Positions 38,101-50,559 of a stretch of DNA of 64,000 nt are shown here, piece after piece. The position numbers were made by a program, and so were the translations under genes. Origin of the DNA: Phoronis australis. Lineage: Eukaryota > Animalia > Phoronida. Where the stretch lies: positions 1 to 64,000 of the forward strand of contig NMRA01001022.1 in the NCBI GenBank assembly GCA_002633005.1, given 5' to 3'. The notes below the pieces were generated by a model, which worked only from the letters and a program-made list of their open reading frames with translations, made no database searches and was not told where the DNA came from. Numbering within the stretch: position 1 is the stretch's first letter; each line of letters opens with the position of its first letter.

Positions 38101-38390
38101 AGGCACACATTGCGCGCTTCTTTCCGAAAATGGCAGAAATCTTTGTTTACGATTACCAACACATGGGGTTTGAGCTTTTTATTCCGTTGAATATATACCC
38201 TGTTGCAAGCACTATTATAAAACCATACATCTGACATGGTTAGTTTTGTACAAACAAATCTCTGTCTTTTCCAATATTGTTTTCGTAATAACGACTTTCA
38301 AAAGAAATAGTATTATTGTAATTCTTTGGCACAAAGTACCGATATTTTTGTCGTTATCGTTGCATATGTGTAATTCACAGTTGTCTCTAA

Positions 38391-41300
38391 TTACTCTGTT
38401 CCTGGGTTTTCTTCAATTTTATTCTTTTTATTACTCTGCACGTTCAAGCGCAGAGTTTTACTGTTCTACGTATTTTATCTTCTTATTCTTCTTATTCTTA
38501 TTCTTATTCTTATTCTTCTTATTCTTCCTTCTTTTTCAAATTGTTATTAGTCTTACATCGATTTATTGGCAACAATCATATTCATTGTGATTGATACCAC
38601 GATGAAGGGATTTTTATTAGTTATAATGTTTTGACCAAAAATGCACCGGAATGACCCGAAACAGGTCAAGGAGTGCATTTTTACAAAATGCTTCTTATTC
38701 TACAGGTTTCGAATTTTGGTAACAGGTAGACAGGCAGTAGAGAAGTGCATCCGAAATTTGCGTGGAATTTAAATCGGATAAAGGTAACCGAGTTTCTGGG
38801 TCAAAGGTCGTTAAGTGCAAAACCGACTTTTGAGCTAGAGCTTACATAATCGCGTACATACTTTTCATTCGTAAAGGAAATTCAGTCACAAACTTTGGGG
38901 GTCATTAGGTGCACAGTCAACAAGACAATTCAAAAAAATACTTTTTTAAGTAATCGAATCATCCAATCAGGAAAAACAGGTCAAAGGTCATTGGGTGCAA
39001 ACTAAAATTTTGAGCTCGCCATTTCAAATTCACAAGTCTGATTGGTACATCTAATTCAATTCGTAATACAAAGTTTCAGGTCATTCAGTGCAACCATGGG
39101 GTCATTAGGTGTAGTTTTCTTCTGAAAATTTGATTTTTCATTCACCAAGTATTCTGATGTGTCGACCGTTAGACAATTGTGATTCTTAGTATTAAACACA
39201 CTTTTACGGGCTTTGCAATAATTCTCCTAAAGATGCTTATAATGCACCGGATCGGGTCAATTAGTGCAAAGGTCATTTAACGTTCAAAATGTTATAACTC
39301 CTGCATTTTCCAAGGAATTCTTTTCAATTTCAGCACACTGGTGTAAACCAACATTCCAATCGAATACCCTACTTTTACTAAGAAATAGGCCCATCCAAGC
39401 ATAAGAAATAGGTCAAAGGTCATTGAGTGCAAACTAAAATTTTGAGCTAGAGACTTCAAAATTACACATCTGTTTACTAAATGCGATTCAGTTTGAATTC
39501 TAAATTTGCAGGTCATTTGGTGCGAATTAATTTTCATATTGGAAAGGGGTTGCAGTCAGTAACTTCCCATAACAATTCCAGTAATACGCACGCGCATAGC
39601 CCATTATTGTCACGCCGTGACAATAATCTTTCTAGTTACTCTGCGCGTGCAAGCGCAGAGGGCTGTTGTTCCTGGATTACTCCGCGCGTGCAAGCGCAGA
39701 GTACTGTTGTTCCTGGGTTTTCTTATTCTTATTCTTCTTATTCTTCTTATTTTTCTTCCGACCAACTTTGATACCTAATAACTCCAAAATGGTTGCAGGT
39801 ATGTTCTTCAAATTTAACACATGATTTTAGGCAGTAGATAAATTTTGATTCATTATATAATCATATTCCATAATTCACCGGAAGAGGTAATTTGGTGCAA
39901 AGGTCATGTAATTTTCAAAATGCAACTTCTTCATTTTTAGAACTATTCTTTTCAAATTCGGTGCAAAGGTATAAGTCAATGAGGCAATTTAAAAAATTAC
40001 TTTTCTAAGTAATCGGGTCATCCAATCAGGTCAAAGGTCATTAGGTGCAAACTAAAATTTTGAGCTAGACACATCAAATTCACAGGTCTGATTGGCACAG
40101 GTAATTCAATAAGGAATCCAAAGTTTCAGGTCATTTAGTGCAAACATGAGGTCATTAGGTGCATTTTTCTTATGAAAATTTGACCTTTTCAATCAGCAAG
40201 TACTCTGATGTGTCAACCGTTAGACAACTGTGATTCTCAGCATTAAACACATTTGTCATGGGTTTTGCAATAATTCTCCTAAAGACGCTTATAATGCACC
40301 GGATAGGGTGAATTAGTTAAAGGCCATGTAACGTTCAAAATGTTATATCTCTTACGTTTTTCAAGGAATTCTTTTCAATTTCATCACACTGCTGTAAGTC
40401 AACATGCCAATTGGATACCATACTTTACTTCGCAACAGACCTAACCAATCAGAAAAAATAAGTCAAAGGTCATTGAATGCAAACTAAAATTTCGAGCTAG
40501 AGACTTCAAAATTACATATCTGTTTAGTAAAAGCGATTGAGTATGAATTCTAAATTTTCAGGTCATTTGGTGCACCCATGGGGTCATTAGGTGCATTTGT
40601 CTTCTGAAAGTGTGACCAATTCTTTCATCTTGTATTCTTAAGTGCTTTAAGTAAGACATCTGTGATCCGTAGCATTAACCACACTTTTAATCGAGTTTAC
40701 ACTTATTCCTTCATAGGGGTTCATTATGCCCCAGAAGGGGTCAATTAGTGCAAAGGTCAACATGTAATTTCTCCTACAGAGTCAACATGACAATTTAAAA
40801 AATTACTTTTCTAAGCAATCGGGTCATCCAATCAGGTGAATTAGGTCAAAGGTCATTAGGTGCAAACTAAAATTTTGAGCTAGACTCATCAAATTGACAG
40901 GTCTGATTGCCACAGGTGAATCAAATAGGAATCCAAAGTTTCAGGTCATTTAGTGCAAACATGGGGTCAGTAGGTGCATTTTTCTTCTGAAAATTTGACC
41001 TTTTCAATCAGCAAGTATTCTGATGTGTCAACCGTTAGACAACTGTGATTCTCAGCGTTAAACACATTTTCCATGGGCTTTGCAATAATTCTCCTAAAGA
41101 TGCTTAAAAAAACGGATAAGGTCAATTAGTGCAAAGGTCATGTAACGTTCAAAATGTTATATGTCTTACGTTTTTCAAGGAAATCTTTTCAATTTCAGCA
41201 CACTGGTGTAAGTCAACATGCCAATTGAATACCCTACTTTACTTTGCAATAGGTCTAACCAATAACAAAATATAGGTCAAAGGTCATTGAGTGCAAACTA

Positions 41301-42802
41301 AAATTTTGAGCTAGAGACTTCAGAATTGCGTATCTGTTTACTAAGTGCGATTGTGTTTCAATTCTAAATTTTCAGGTCATTTGGTGCACCCATGGGGTCA
41401 TTAGGTGCATTTCTCTTCTGAAAGTTTGACCACTTCATTCATCTTGTATTCTGAAGTGCTTAAAGTAAAACATCTGTGATTATTAGCATTAACCACACTT
41501 TTAATCGAGTTAACAATTACTCCCTCATCGGGGCTCATAATGCACCGGAAGAGGTCAATTAGTGAAAAGGTCATCAAAAATTAATATGTAATTTCTCATA
41601 CAATTTTAAAGAATTCCTTTTCATATTGGTAAACGGGTTGCTGTCAGTAACTTCCCATAATAATTCCAGTAATACGCACGCGCAGAGTCCGTTACTGCCA
41701 CGCCGTGACAATAATCTGTCTAGTCTTTTTATTCTTCTTCCGACCAACTTTGAGGCTTAATAACTCCAAATTGGGTATAGGTACGGTCTTTAAATTCAGC
41801 GTATGATTTTCGACAGTATATAAAGTTTGATTCGTTATATATTCATAATCCATATTGCACCGGAAAAGGTCATTTGGTGCAAAGGTCATGTAATTTTCAA
41901 AATGCTACTCCTTCATTTTTTAAGCTATTCATTAGGTGCAAACTAAAAATTTGAGCTAGACATTTCAAATTGACAGGTCTGATTGGCACAGGTAATTTAA
42001 TTTGGAATCCAAAGTTTCAGGTCATTTAGTGCAAACATGGGATCATTAGGTGCATTTTTCTTCTGAAATTTTGACCTTTTCAATCAGTAAGTATTCTGAT
42101 ATGTCAACCGTTAGACAACTGTGATTCTCTGCATTAAACACATTTTTATGGGCTTTGCAATAATTCTCCTAAAGACGCGTGTAATGCACCGGATAGGGTC
42201 AATTATTGCAAAGGTCATGTAATGTTCAAAATGTTATATCTCTTACGCTTTTCAAGGAATTCTTTTCAATTTCAGCGCACTGGTGTAAGTCAACATGCCA
42301 ATTGAATACCCTACTTTACTTCGCAACAGGCCTAACCAATCAGAAAAAATAGGTCAAAGGTCATTGAGTGCAAACTAAAATTTTGAGCTAGAGACTTCAA
42401 AATTACATATCTGTTAGGTAATTGCGATGGAGTTTGAATTCTAAATTTTCAGGTCATTTGGTGCACTCATGGGGTCATTAGATGCATTTTTCTTTTGAAT
42501 GATTGACCAATTCATTCATCTTGTATTCTGAAGTGCTTAAAGTAAAACATGTGTGATTCTTAGCATTAACCAGACTTTTAATCGAGTTTACAATTATTCC
42601 CTCATCCGGGCTCATAATGCACTGAAAGAGGTCAATTAGTGGAATGGTCATCAAAATATTAACATGTCATTTTTTCTACAACTTTAAAGAATTCCTTTTC
42701 ATATTGGTAAACGGGTTGCTGTCAGTAACTTCCCATAATAAATTGCAGTAATACGCAAGCGCAGAGTCCATTATTGTGACGCCGTGACAATAATGTTTCT
42801 AG
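38391..42802 (+). mobile_element. Tandem array of three non-autonomous Helitron-like units (38431-39635, 39636-41723, 41724-42802) with internal satellite-like subrepeats
   Basis: 5' hairpin CTCTGCGCGTGCAAGCGCAGAG (units 1-2) and (TTCTTA)n. Each unit ends with CGCGCA(G/T)AG-like sequence, the palindrome ATTATTGTCAC-GCC-GTGACAATAAT and CTAG (39635, 41723, 42802). Confidence 0.8.
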
Positions 42803-43420
42803 GTTCTTCTATATTTCGAATCCGGTCAATGTTGTCGATTTTTTGTTTTTCAATATCGTCTCACGTTTTTGGTTGTTTGGGTCGTATGTCTTGATGCTTG
42901 GTATGAACAAGTCACGTGATCGACTACAAGACTAAGCTGATTGGTTTTTGAACTTTCTCTCGTGAAACATTGACGGTGCCGGATGTATAGAGGCAAGTAA
43001 AAAATAGACAGTTGATTCCATCATCGGCTCATCATCCTTTCATCATCGGGTCACCTTTTTAACGTATAATGTACGATTTTACGAAAAGACTGGCCTTCGA
43101 TTCCATAATTGGGGCTCTTAGTGAGTTGTCCCTTAACAAATAAGATATGAATAAAAAACGAGAAAATGATAGTTTCGGGTGCCAACAGCGGGCCCCTTCC
43201 GAGAGCTGGTATCTATGCAGGTCGCCACGAAGTTTTCGCCTGCAAAGTATTGGGGGCACGTACCCTCCCGGCAACACCCGTTGTTTAGTGCTGAGCGATA
43301 CTCCCTGATTACATGAGTGTCGAGCACTCGCCTACTCGTCACCTCTTCCTACACCTAGGGACTCAATGTTCATCTGTACGCATTTTTATTGTTTGCCTTT
43401 ATTGCAGGCTGAAGATATTG

Positions 43421-43487
43421 ATGAACATCCAACCATTTGTCCTTACTATCGTCTTGGGGCTAGCAACAGCTGGTCACCACAGGCAAA
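43421..43487 (+). CDS. GH9 endoglucanase-like gene, coding exon 1 (signal peptide)
   Basis: MNIQPFVLTIVLGLATAGHHRQ; AG acceptor at 43407 (upstream UTR exon implied); GTGAGT donor, phase 1, matching the next exon. Confidence 0.75.
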
Positions 43488-44391
43488 GTGAGTAAAATTT
43501 TCCGTTTAAAAGAAGTCACAATTCCACGCACTAAAGCATAAGTCACTTTTGCGTAAGTATAGGTTAAAACTGCTGATTTCGCCGTAGTCGGTGTTTTTGT
43601 CTTAACCGCTGATTACGTAGACATGTTCACGGTTGTTAAAACAGTTTTTAATGTTGATCTAGCAACGGACGTGATGCATCGACTGCAGCAAGCGCTTGAG
43701 CATTTCAATTCCAGACATGTCTTGCGTCTTTACTCATTATTTTTGTTTTCTATATCAAACGGGCATTTCTTGACGTTTAGTTCGAAGGAGGCTCTCTTCC
43801 AACACTTTAACAAAAGTTGACATTGCTTTAAATGGTTTTCTATGCACTCCCCTTTCGTCATTATTCATGTAAACTAGAAATTACAAATCCCCTTATTAAC
43901 CAAAGGTTATTTTTTCACGTAGAACTGAAATTAAACAATATCGGGAAAATCCTTAATTGGCCTGTTCCAACCCGAGCAGACCTACAACCCAGATTAACCT
44001 GGGACTGCTATAGATGAACCTCATGCAGTAGCTGTGCGGTGTGCGGCTTACACGCGAGTTGTTGTCTCATGTGCGTAAATTCAAAATGTGCACTATAAGG
44101 TCGTGTAACCATCCCCATCCTGGAATGCAGTTTTACCCCGACGTCACTGAACGAGCAAAAATAATCCAAGTCGCTTGGAAAACACCAGCTACCGTGAATA
44201 TCCAAAAGACCTCGAGGATGTTAATTGTGCTCGTATTTGATTGTTGAAATTAAAGTGTAGAAATAACTACAATTTAAACATTGGAATGTACGAAATGTTT
44301 CAGAACAAAGATATTTGTGGACTGAAAGACTAAGTAAGCAGTTATTCGAGTAAGTGCGATTGCATGAAGCTGCAGTATAACAACAGTATAA

Positions 44392-44733
<342 letters not shown>

Positions 44734-45188
44734 TGACTCGGCTGAAGTCGGATAAGGTCATTACTGCTGGGCTTTTCTAATTAAGCACGCCGTGAGAACA
44801 AGAACTACCCTGTGCAAAGGATTCACACAATGCTATTTTTGTGTTGGAGAGCAGTTGTTTGGGTGTCAAACTATGTCTTCAACACATCTACTTTGCATTC
44901 AAACTGCACTTTTTAGTCGTCGTCTCTCCCTCAATTGAGGGAACAGTTTTTAAACTCCGTTAAAGCGGTTGTTGACATGTGTTCAAAGCTTCTTATGTAT
45001 GCTATTCATTCATATCAACATGTTTTCTATGTATGTACACTTCAACACTGACTCAAGAACCATATGAACCATTCGGGTTTCTGAATTCTCAATCCACCCC
45101 CCTGCATTACCGACAGGCCGAACTATTTCCAATATTCGCCTCCATTTTTGTCTTTCAGGTGTCACTTCTTTAACTTTCTATTTTGTAG

Positions 45189-45373
45189 CTGGAAATCACG
45201 TAAAAAATAATTTCATGCTCGCTTCTGCGACAACGGTACTAACATGGGGTCTTATGGAATACGGCCACGCGTACTACAGAGCCGGAGCATACTGGGGTAT
45301 GGTGAGGAACATCAAGTGGATTTTAGACTATTTCATCAAATGTCACAGAGGAAAATTTCTGTACTACGCACAG
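45189..45373 (+). CDS. GH9 endoglucanase-like gene, coding exon 3
   Basis: AGNHVKNNFMLASATTVLTWG...IKWILDYFIKCH..YYAQ; AG/GT bounded, in phase. Confidence 0.95.
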
Positions 45374-45490
45374 GTGGGTGTTCTTAAGGTTATTGGTAGC
45401 CTTATGGGCGTGTTTGTGCATTTAGTCTGTCAAATATTCATACGTAAAAAGCTATCTAACACTAAAAGTTTGTTCTGAAAGTAGAAAGTG

Positions 45491-45654
45491 GCTGTACTTC
45501 GGGAGCAAGTTTTCGGTTATACAGAATTGGTTAAACGCACGACACTTTTCATTGTTCACAGTCTTTATTCTGTTACGTTCATACCTTCGGAACAAGGTAT
45601 GAACGTAACGGAATAAAGACTTTGAACAATTAAAAGTGTCGTGCGTTTAACCAA
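45491..45654. repeat. Intronic insertion containing a 61-bp-arm hairpin (45527-45654)
   Basis: Arms 45527-45587 and 45594-45654 with three differences; flanked by AAAGTAGAAAGTG direct repeats (45478-45490, 45653-45665). Confidence 0.9.
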
Positions 45655-46126
45655 AGTAGAAAGTGTATAGATTTTAGTTCTGGTCTTGTGTGACCCTAAG
45701 TTTCATTGATTGAGGTATGTGACCTTGTGGTTTTAGTGAAATTTAGAAGAACAGATAGGTACGTTTATTGCGAAAAGACTACCAAACTTTCCATTCGATA
45801 TGAATATTCAAGATAAAATTGATGAAACGCTGTTAATTTTCTTGAATAATTTTCATCTCATTTAACTTCAGATTTTTTAATAAAGATCAGAAAAGTCCCA
45901 ATTTTCCAGACAGTCCGTCTTATTCTAAAGTAAAAACAATAATGAAAAAACAATTTCTGACAGCAATTTGGAGAACAACGCATATAATTTTTGCAATGCC
46001 ATTTCAGTCTGTTCAACCATTTCTGACCTACAACGTTCCATATTCTTACAATTTTCGAGGATTATTCATAATCTTCTATAGCCCGATAAATCATGGTTCT
46101 TAGATATTGGGTAATATGTTATTCAG

Positions 46127-46292
46127 GTTGGAGACGGTGAAACCGACATCAAGAAATGGATACGAGCAGAGGACTTAGATCCGAACGACTATCGACCAGC
46201 CTATCAAGTTAATGCGACACATCCGGGTTCTGACGTTGTGGGCGAGGCTGCTGCTGCTATGGCTGCTGGGTCGATTCTTTTCAAGAGAATTT
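46127..46292 (+). CDS. GH9 endoglucanase-like gene, coding exon 4
   Basis: VGDGETDIKKWIRAEDL..RPAYQVNATHPGSDVVGEAAAAMAAGSILFK; AG/GT bounded. Absent from the supplied ORF track. Confidence 0.95.
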
Positions 46293-46957
46293 GTACGTAA
46301 TGATCGGATAAGTGAAGTAAATATTCATTTAAGGTCCAGTCCGAGTAATTAAACCTGGTAAATATATATTATATGTTTATACGGGTGCTTACCTAATACA
46401 ACGTGGAGACGTCCCACAAAAGTTCTAAAAGATTGTTAAATTATTTCTTTAAATACAGTAGAATTTATTCACTCTTTTTCAGTAGGTATAAGGGGTTTGT
46501 GGTAAAAAAGCCATCATTTAGTTTCATTTTGAGACGATACTCGACAAAATGATCTCACAATTGATCTTGTGTTTTGGTCTCCATGATACAAATTCGGCTT
46601 GCGTGTTATTTCTTATTTTTATATTCAGTTTAACGAGTTTTTCGACAGGATTTGTTCAAATTAGGCTGATGTTTTATACTGCTCTATTGTCACATTTTCA
46701 AACGTCTGTAAATTCATAACTGCTAAAGACATTATGACCACGTGACCTCATGCAATTTATTTCTCGCGTCACAGAGAAAGCAAATTGAAAATTACGCTGT
46801 CAGTCTTCAAGTTATGTAGATTATCTAGCTTGCCACCACAGCCACTAGGGCCGCTAGTTTGAGGCTGAGAGTGAGCACTTGCCGAGTTCACGAGCTTTTA
46901 CTCTTCCTAGTGTATCTAAACTGTTTGGTAATAGTGTTATCACGTTCTTTTTGTCAG

Positions 46958-47069
46958 GTCCAACATTCTCAAGGAAGCTGCTGAGGCATGCGGAAAACCT
47001 GTTCCAGTTCGCGTACCAAAAACGAGGGAAATACTCTGACTCCATACCACAAGTTAAAAAGTTTTACGG
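46958..47069 (+). CDS. GH9 endoglucanase-like gene, coding exon 5
   Basis: PTFSRKLLRHAENLFQFAYQKRGKYSDSIPQVKKFY; GTAAG donor. Later exons not found. Confidence 0.92.
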
Positions 47070-48197
47070 GTAAGATCCAGCCCAAGGCAAATGAACATTT
47101 GTATAAAGACACAAGATCAAACAGTTTTGGTCTGTGCTAAGCGCCATTTCATTGTCACCTTGCGTCAAACTGCGAAGCCCCCTTTGCACAATTTTGAAGA
47201 CGATGCCAGGTTTCGTACGTGGTATGCGATTTTGTCATTGGCAACTCTACAAGTTTTCATAAACTGGGTGACTGTTTCGCGGGAATAAACGTGACACACT
47301 GGGAACGATAGGAGCCAAGGCCCACCTAAGGAAAATTTGTTTCCGTTGATTTATGAAAAAAGGTTAGCTCCCGACCCTGTATATTTCGATGAATACTGTT
47401 TCTGTGATACTGCTTACGATTGTCGTTTCAACACTGACAAAGCAATCAAAGGCACCACACCGATTGCGATGTCACTCTGCCAAGCATTCGTGGTTTTGGG
47501 AGGCAGTGCCTCGTGAGGGCAAGTATTTACAATCAAGCTGCTTTTAAACCCTTCACACCATGGTCATAAATGCTTGAATTCAGTAATCAACAATTCTGGT
47601 ATATTTTATCCATGTCTTCTTCAATTTGTTTACGTTTAATCACGAAATGAACGCAAAAAATAAAATAATAAAATTTGTGTGTGATGTATCGGTGAATCCG
47701 ATCTCTGCCACTATGTTTCTCTACACCAACCGCGAGCTTCGAAAACTAGTGAGTTCGACTGAGTATTTTGGAAAATTGCGTGTGCGCAGGAGGCAGTAAA
47801 AGCAATCGGATAGACAATATTTCCAAAAAAACCCATAAGATCGCCCAGAAATGGCACAGGTTCGTGTGTCAGACACGGGTATGGCAGCAGACAGTAAAGT
47901 AAGCGATCAGTTCAGGAGCCACGCTGTGCTCAGTTCATTTTGAAGAATCGTGCTTCGATCCGTAGCAGAAACGGTTGTCTGGTGAAAGTTTGTCCAACGT
48001 GTAAGTGCACTTAAAGGAGAAAAAGTGTTGTATTGCGCCATTGCTGGGAACGTAGTTGTCAGGAAGATAATGAGTATGAGACTCACCATCAAATTGTGAC
48101 TGAGATAATTAATGGGACTGCAGAAAGTTTCCATCAGTCTATTCTTGTTCACGATTGTGAGAGATGCATGCTATCCACATATACGTCAATGATCAAT

Positions 48198-50559
48198 GGG
48201 GCTATTCGGAAAATCTACAACAACTAGAGGGCGTGCGTGTACTAGTGGTGATAGATTAACAGCCTCGATTTCGCGAGCCCTTTAAATACATGGTGAAATG
48301 GCTTGCAGCCGTGCCAACTGAATCTGAGATTGCGTAAAAAGGGCGCTTCTTTGAGGGGAAGTAAGCACGACCTCGTACAAAGGTAAGGTTTGTGATCATT
48401 TTAACGATTATTCCATGATTATTCTACCGATGAATGTTAACTGAGGCACTCACCGATGTCGACTTCGCGGCAGTCAGTCGCCAGCCAGAGTCTGGTTAAT
48501 CTTTGTATGTCCTTTTGTGATATGTGATACGATACTGGACGTAGCAATCGGGAACATTTCGTACATCAAAGCATTATTATTGTTTGGAATGATTTCTAAA
48601 AGTTTATCAGTGACAGTTACATCAATCAATGCTGAATATTTGTGCTGTCAACTCGATACAGGTTAACTATGAGTTAAGATTACAATCTAATCCCAATGGC
48701 AAAGAGTACGTGAGTGATAAATATCCATTGCATTAGACTATTTGTTTACTCCCTATCATATGTCTTCTGGAAATCTATCACGTCAGTTTTCACGTAACCT
48801 TTGGTTTTTAGGTTTGAAGGCTTGTACCGTGCAGAGGAGACATGCATCGCTTATGCACCGTCCCTGAATGGGCAAAAATTGGTTTTTAGCATTTGACTGC
48901 AGCTAACCAACAAGATCTTCCCATCCAGTGCAGATCTGTTGTCAAAGCCTACTTTCAATATTGGAGACAACGAACAAAGCCTTTGAAAAGGAACAGCTAT
49001 TTTTTTAAAAATGACTTTAAAAAGTCATTTTGTTAAATTACTTATTCAGGTCCCGAAGGCGGATTGGCATGGGGGGTTGTAATATTTGGTACAACTGAAT
49101 GTGTGGAAATAACAGGTAATACATGTCTGGGGAAAAGAGCATGGTGAGGTAATTCTTAACCTTCACGAAGTCCCTTCAAGTTGATTTCATGAAACTGTTT
49201 TGCTACTTGTATCAATTGTAAAACCACGAAAATATATTACATTTTCCGAATTCACAGTGACTGAATAGTCTTAACTCATGCCTTGAAATGTTGCAAGTCG
49301 TTATAAATTCAAATGACTGTCATTTTTGTGAAAATTGCATTTTTGATGGTGCCTTNNNNNNNNNNNNNNNNNNNNNNNNNNNNNNNNNNNNNNNNNNNNN
49401 NNNNNNNNNNNNNNNNNNNNNNNNNNNNNNNNNNNNNNNNNNNNNNNNNNNNNNNNNNNNNNNNNNNNNNNNNNNNNNNNNNNNNNNNNNNNNNNNNNNN
49501 NNNNNNNNNNNNNNNNNNNNNNNNNNNNNNNNNNNNNNNNNNNNNNNNNNNNNNNNNNNNNNNNNNNNNNNNNNNNNNNNNNNNNNNNNNNNNNNNNNNN
49601 NNNNNNNNNNNNNNNNNNNNNNNNNNNNNNNNNNNNNNNNNNNNNNNNNNNNNNNNNNNNNNNNNNNNNNNNNNNNNNNNNNNNNNNNNNNNNNNNNNNN
49701 NNNNNNNNNNNNNNNNNNNNNNNNNNNNNNNNNNNNNNNNNNNNNNNNNNNNNNNNNNNNNNNNNNNNNNNNNNNNNNNNNNNNNNNNNNNNNNNNNNNN
49801 NNNNNNNNNNNNNNNNNNNNNNNNNNNNNNNNNNNNNNNNNNNNNNNNNNNNNNNNNNNNNNNNNNNNNNNNNNNNNNNNNNNNNNNNNNNNNNNNNNNN
49901 NNNNNNNNNNNNNNNNNNNNNNNNNNNNNNNNNNNNNNNNNNNNNNNNNNNNNNNNNNNNNNNNNNNNNNNNNNNNNNNNNNNNNNNNNNNNNNNNNNNN
50001 NNNNNNNNNNNNNNNNNNNNNNNNNNNNNNNNNNNNNNNNNNNNNNNNNNNNNNNNNNNNNNNNNNNNNNNNNNNNNNNNNNNNNNNNNNNNNNNNNNNN
50101 NNNNNNNNNNNNNNNNNNNNNNNNNNNNNNNNNNNNNNNNNNNNNNNNNNNNNNNNNNNNNNNNNNNNNNNNNNNNNNNNNNNNNNNNNNNNNNNNNNNN
50201 NNNNNNNNNNNNNNNNNNNNNNNNNNNNNNNNNNNNNNNNNNNNNNNNNNNNNNNNNNNNNNNNNNNNNNNNNNNNNNNNNNNNNNNNNNNNNNNNNNNN
50301 NNNNNNNNNNNNNNNNNNNNNNNNNNGTTGACCGCAATTGTCCACGAATATAGTAACCTTAGGTCTTTTTGGGAATTTGTGGCCACCTGTCGAAGACTTG
50401 CACCAGGGAAATTAGCAGTAATAAAGCTTAGCGCGACGACGTATTTTGATAAAAATTCCATCTTTTACCAGTTGTTTACATGCAGACAGCGACGCATGCG
50501 GAATTCAATCACCACTAGTACAGCAGCGACACCGCGAGGAGAATTCTCCGAATAGCCCC
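48198..50559. mobile_element. ISL2EU-like DNA transposon, copy 2 (spans the N gap)
   Basis: Perfect 13-bp terminal inverted repeat GGGGCTATTCGGA, AT on both flanks. THAP start on the minus strand at the right end. SAP-like exon QLNLRLRKKGASLRGSKHDLVQR (to donor 48383) and a decayed next exon from 48812 on the plus strand. Confidence 0.78.
49356..50326. other. Assembly gap (N run)
   Basis: Direct inspection. Confidence 1.

Noticed and set aside
43160-43340. GC-rich, potentially multi-helix RNA upstream of the GH9 acceptor
   Set aside because: Some stems can be drawn, but no known ribozyme or ncRNA core and no second copy supports it.
49288-50461. Long ORFs of 341-386 aa in the ORF track
   Set aside because: They are translations of the N gap.
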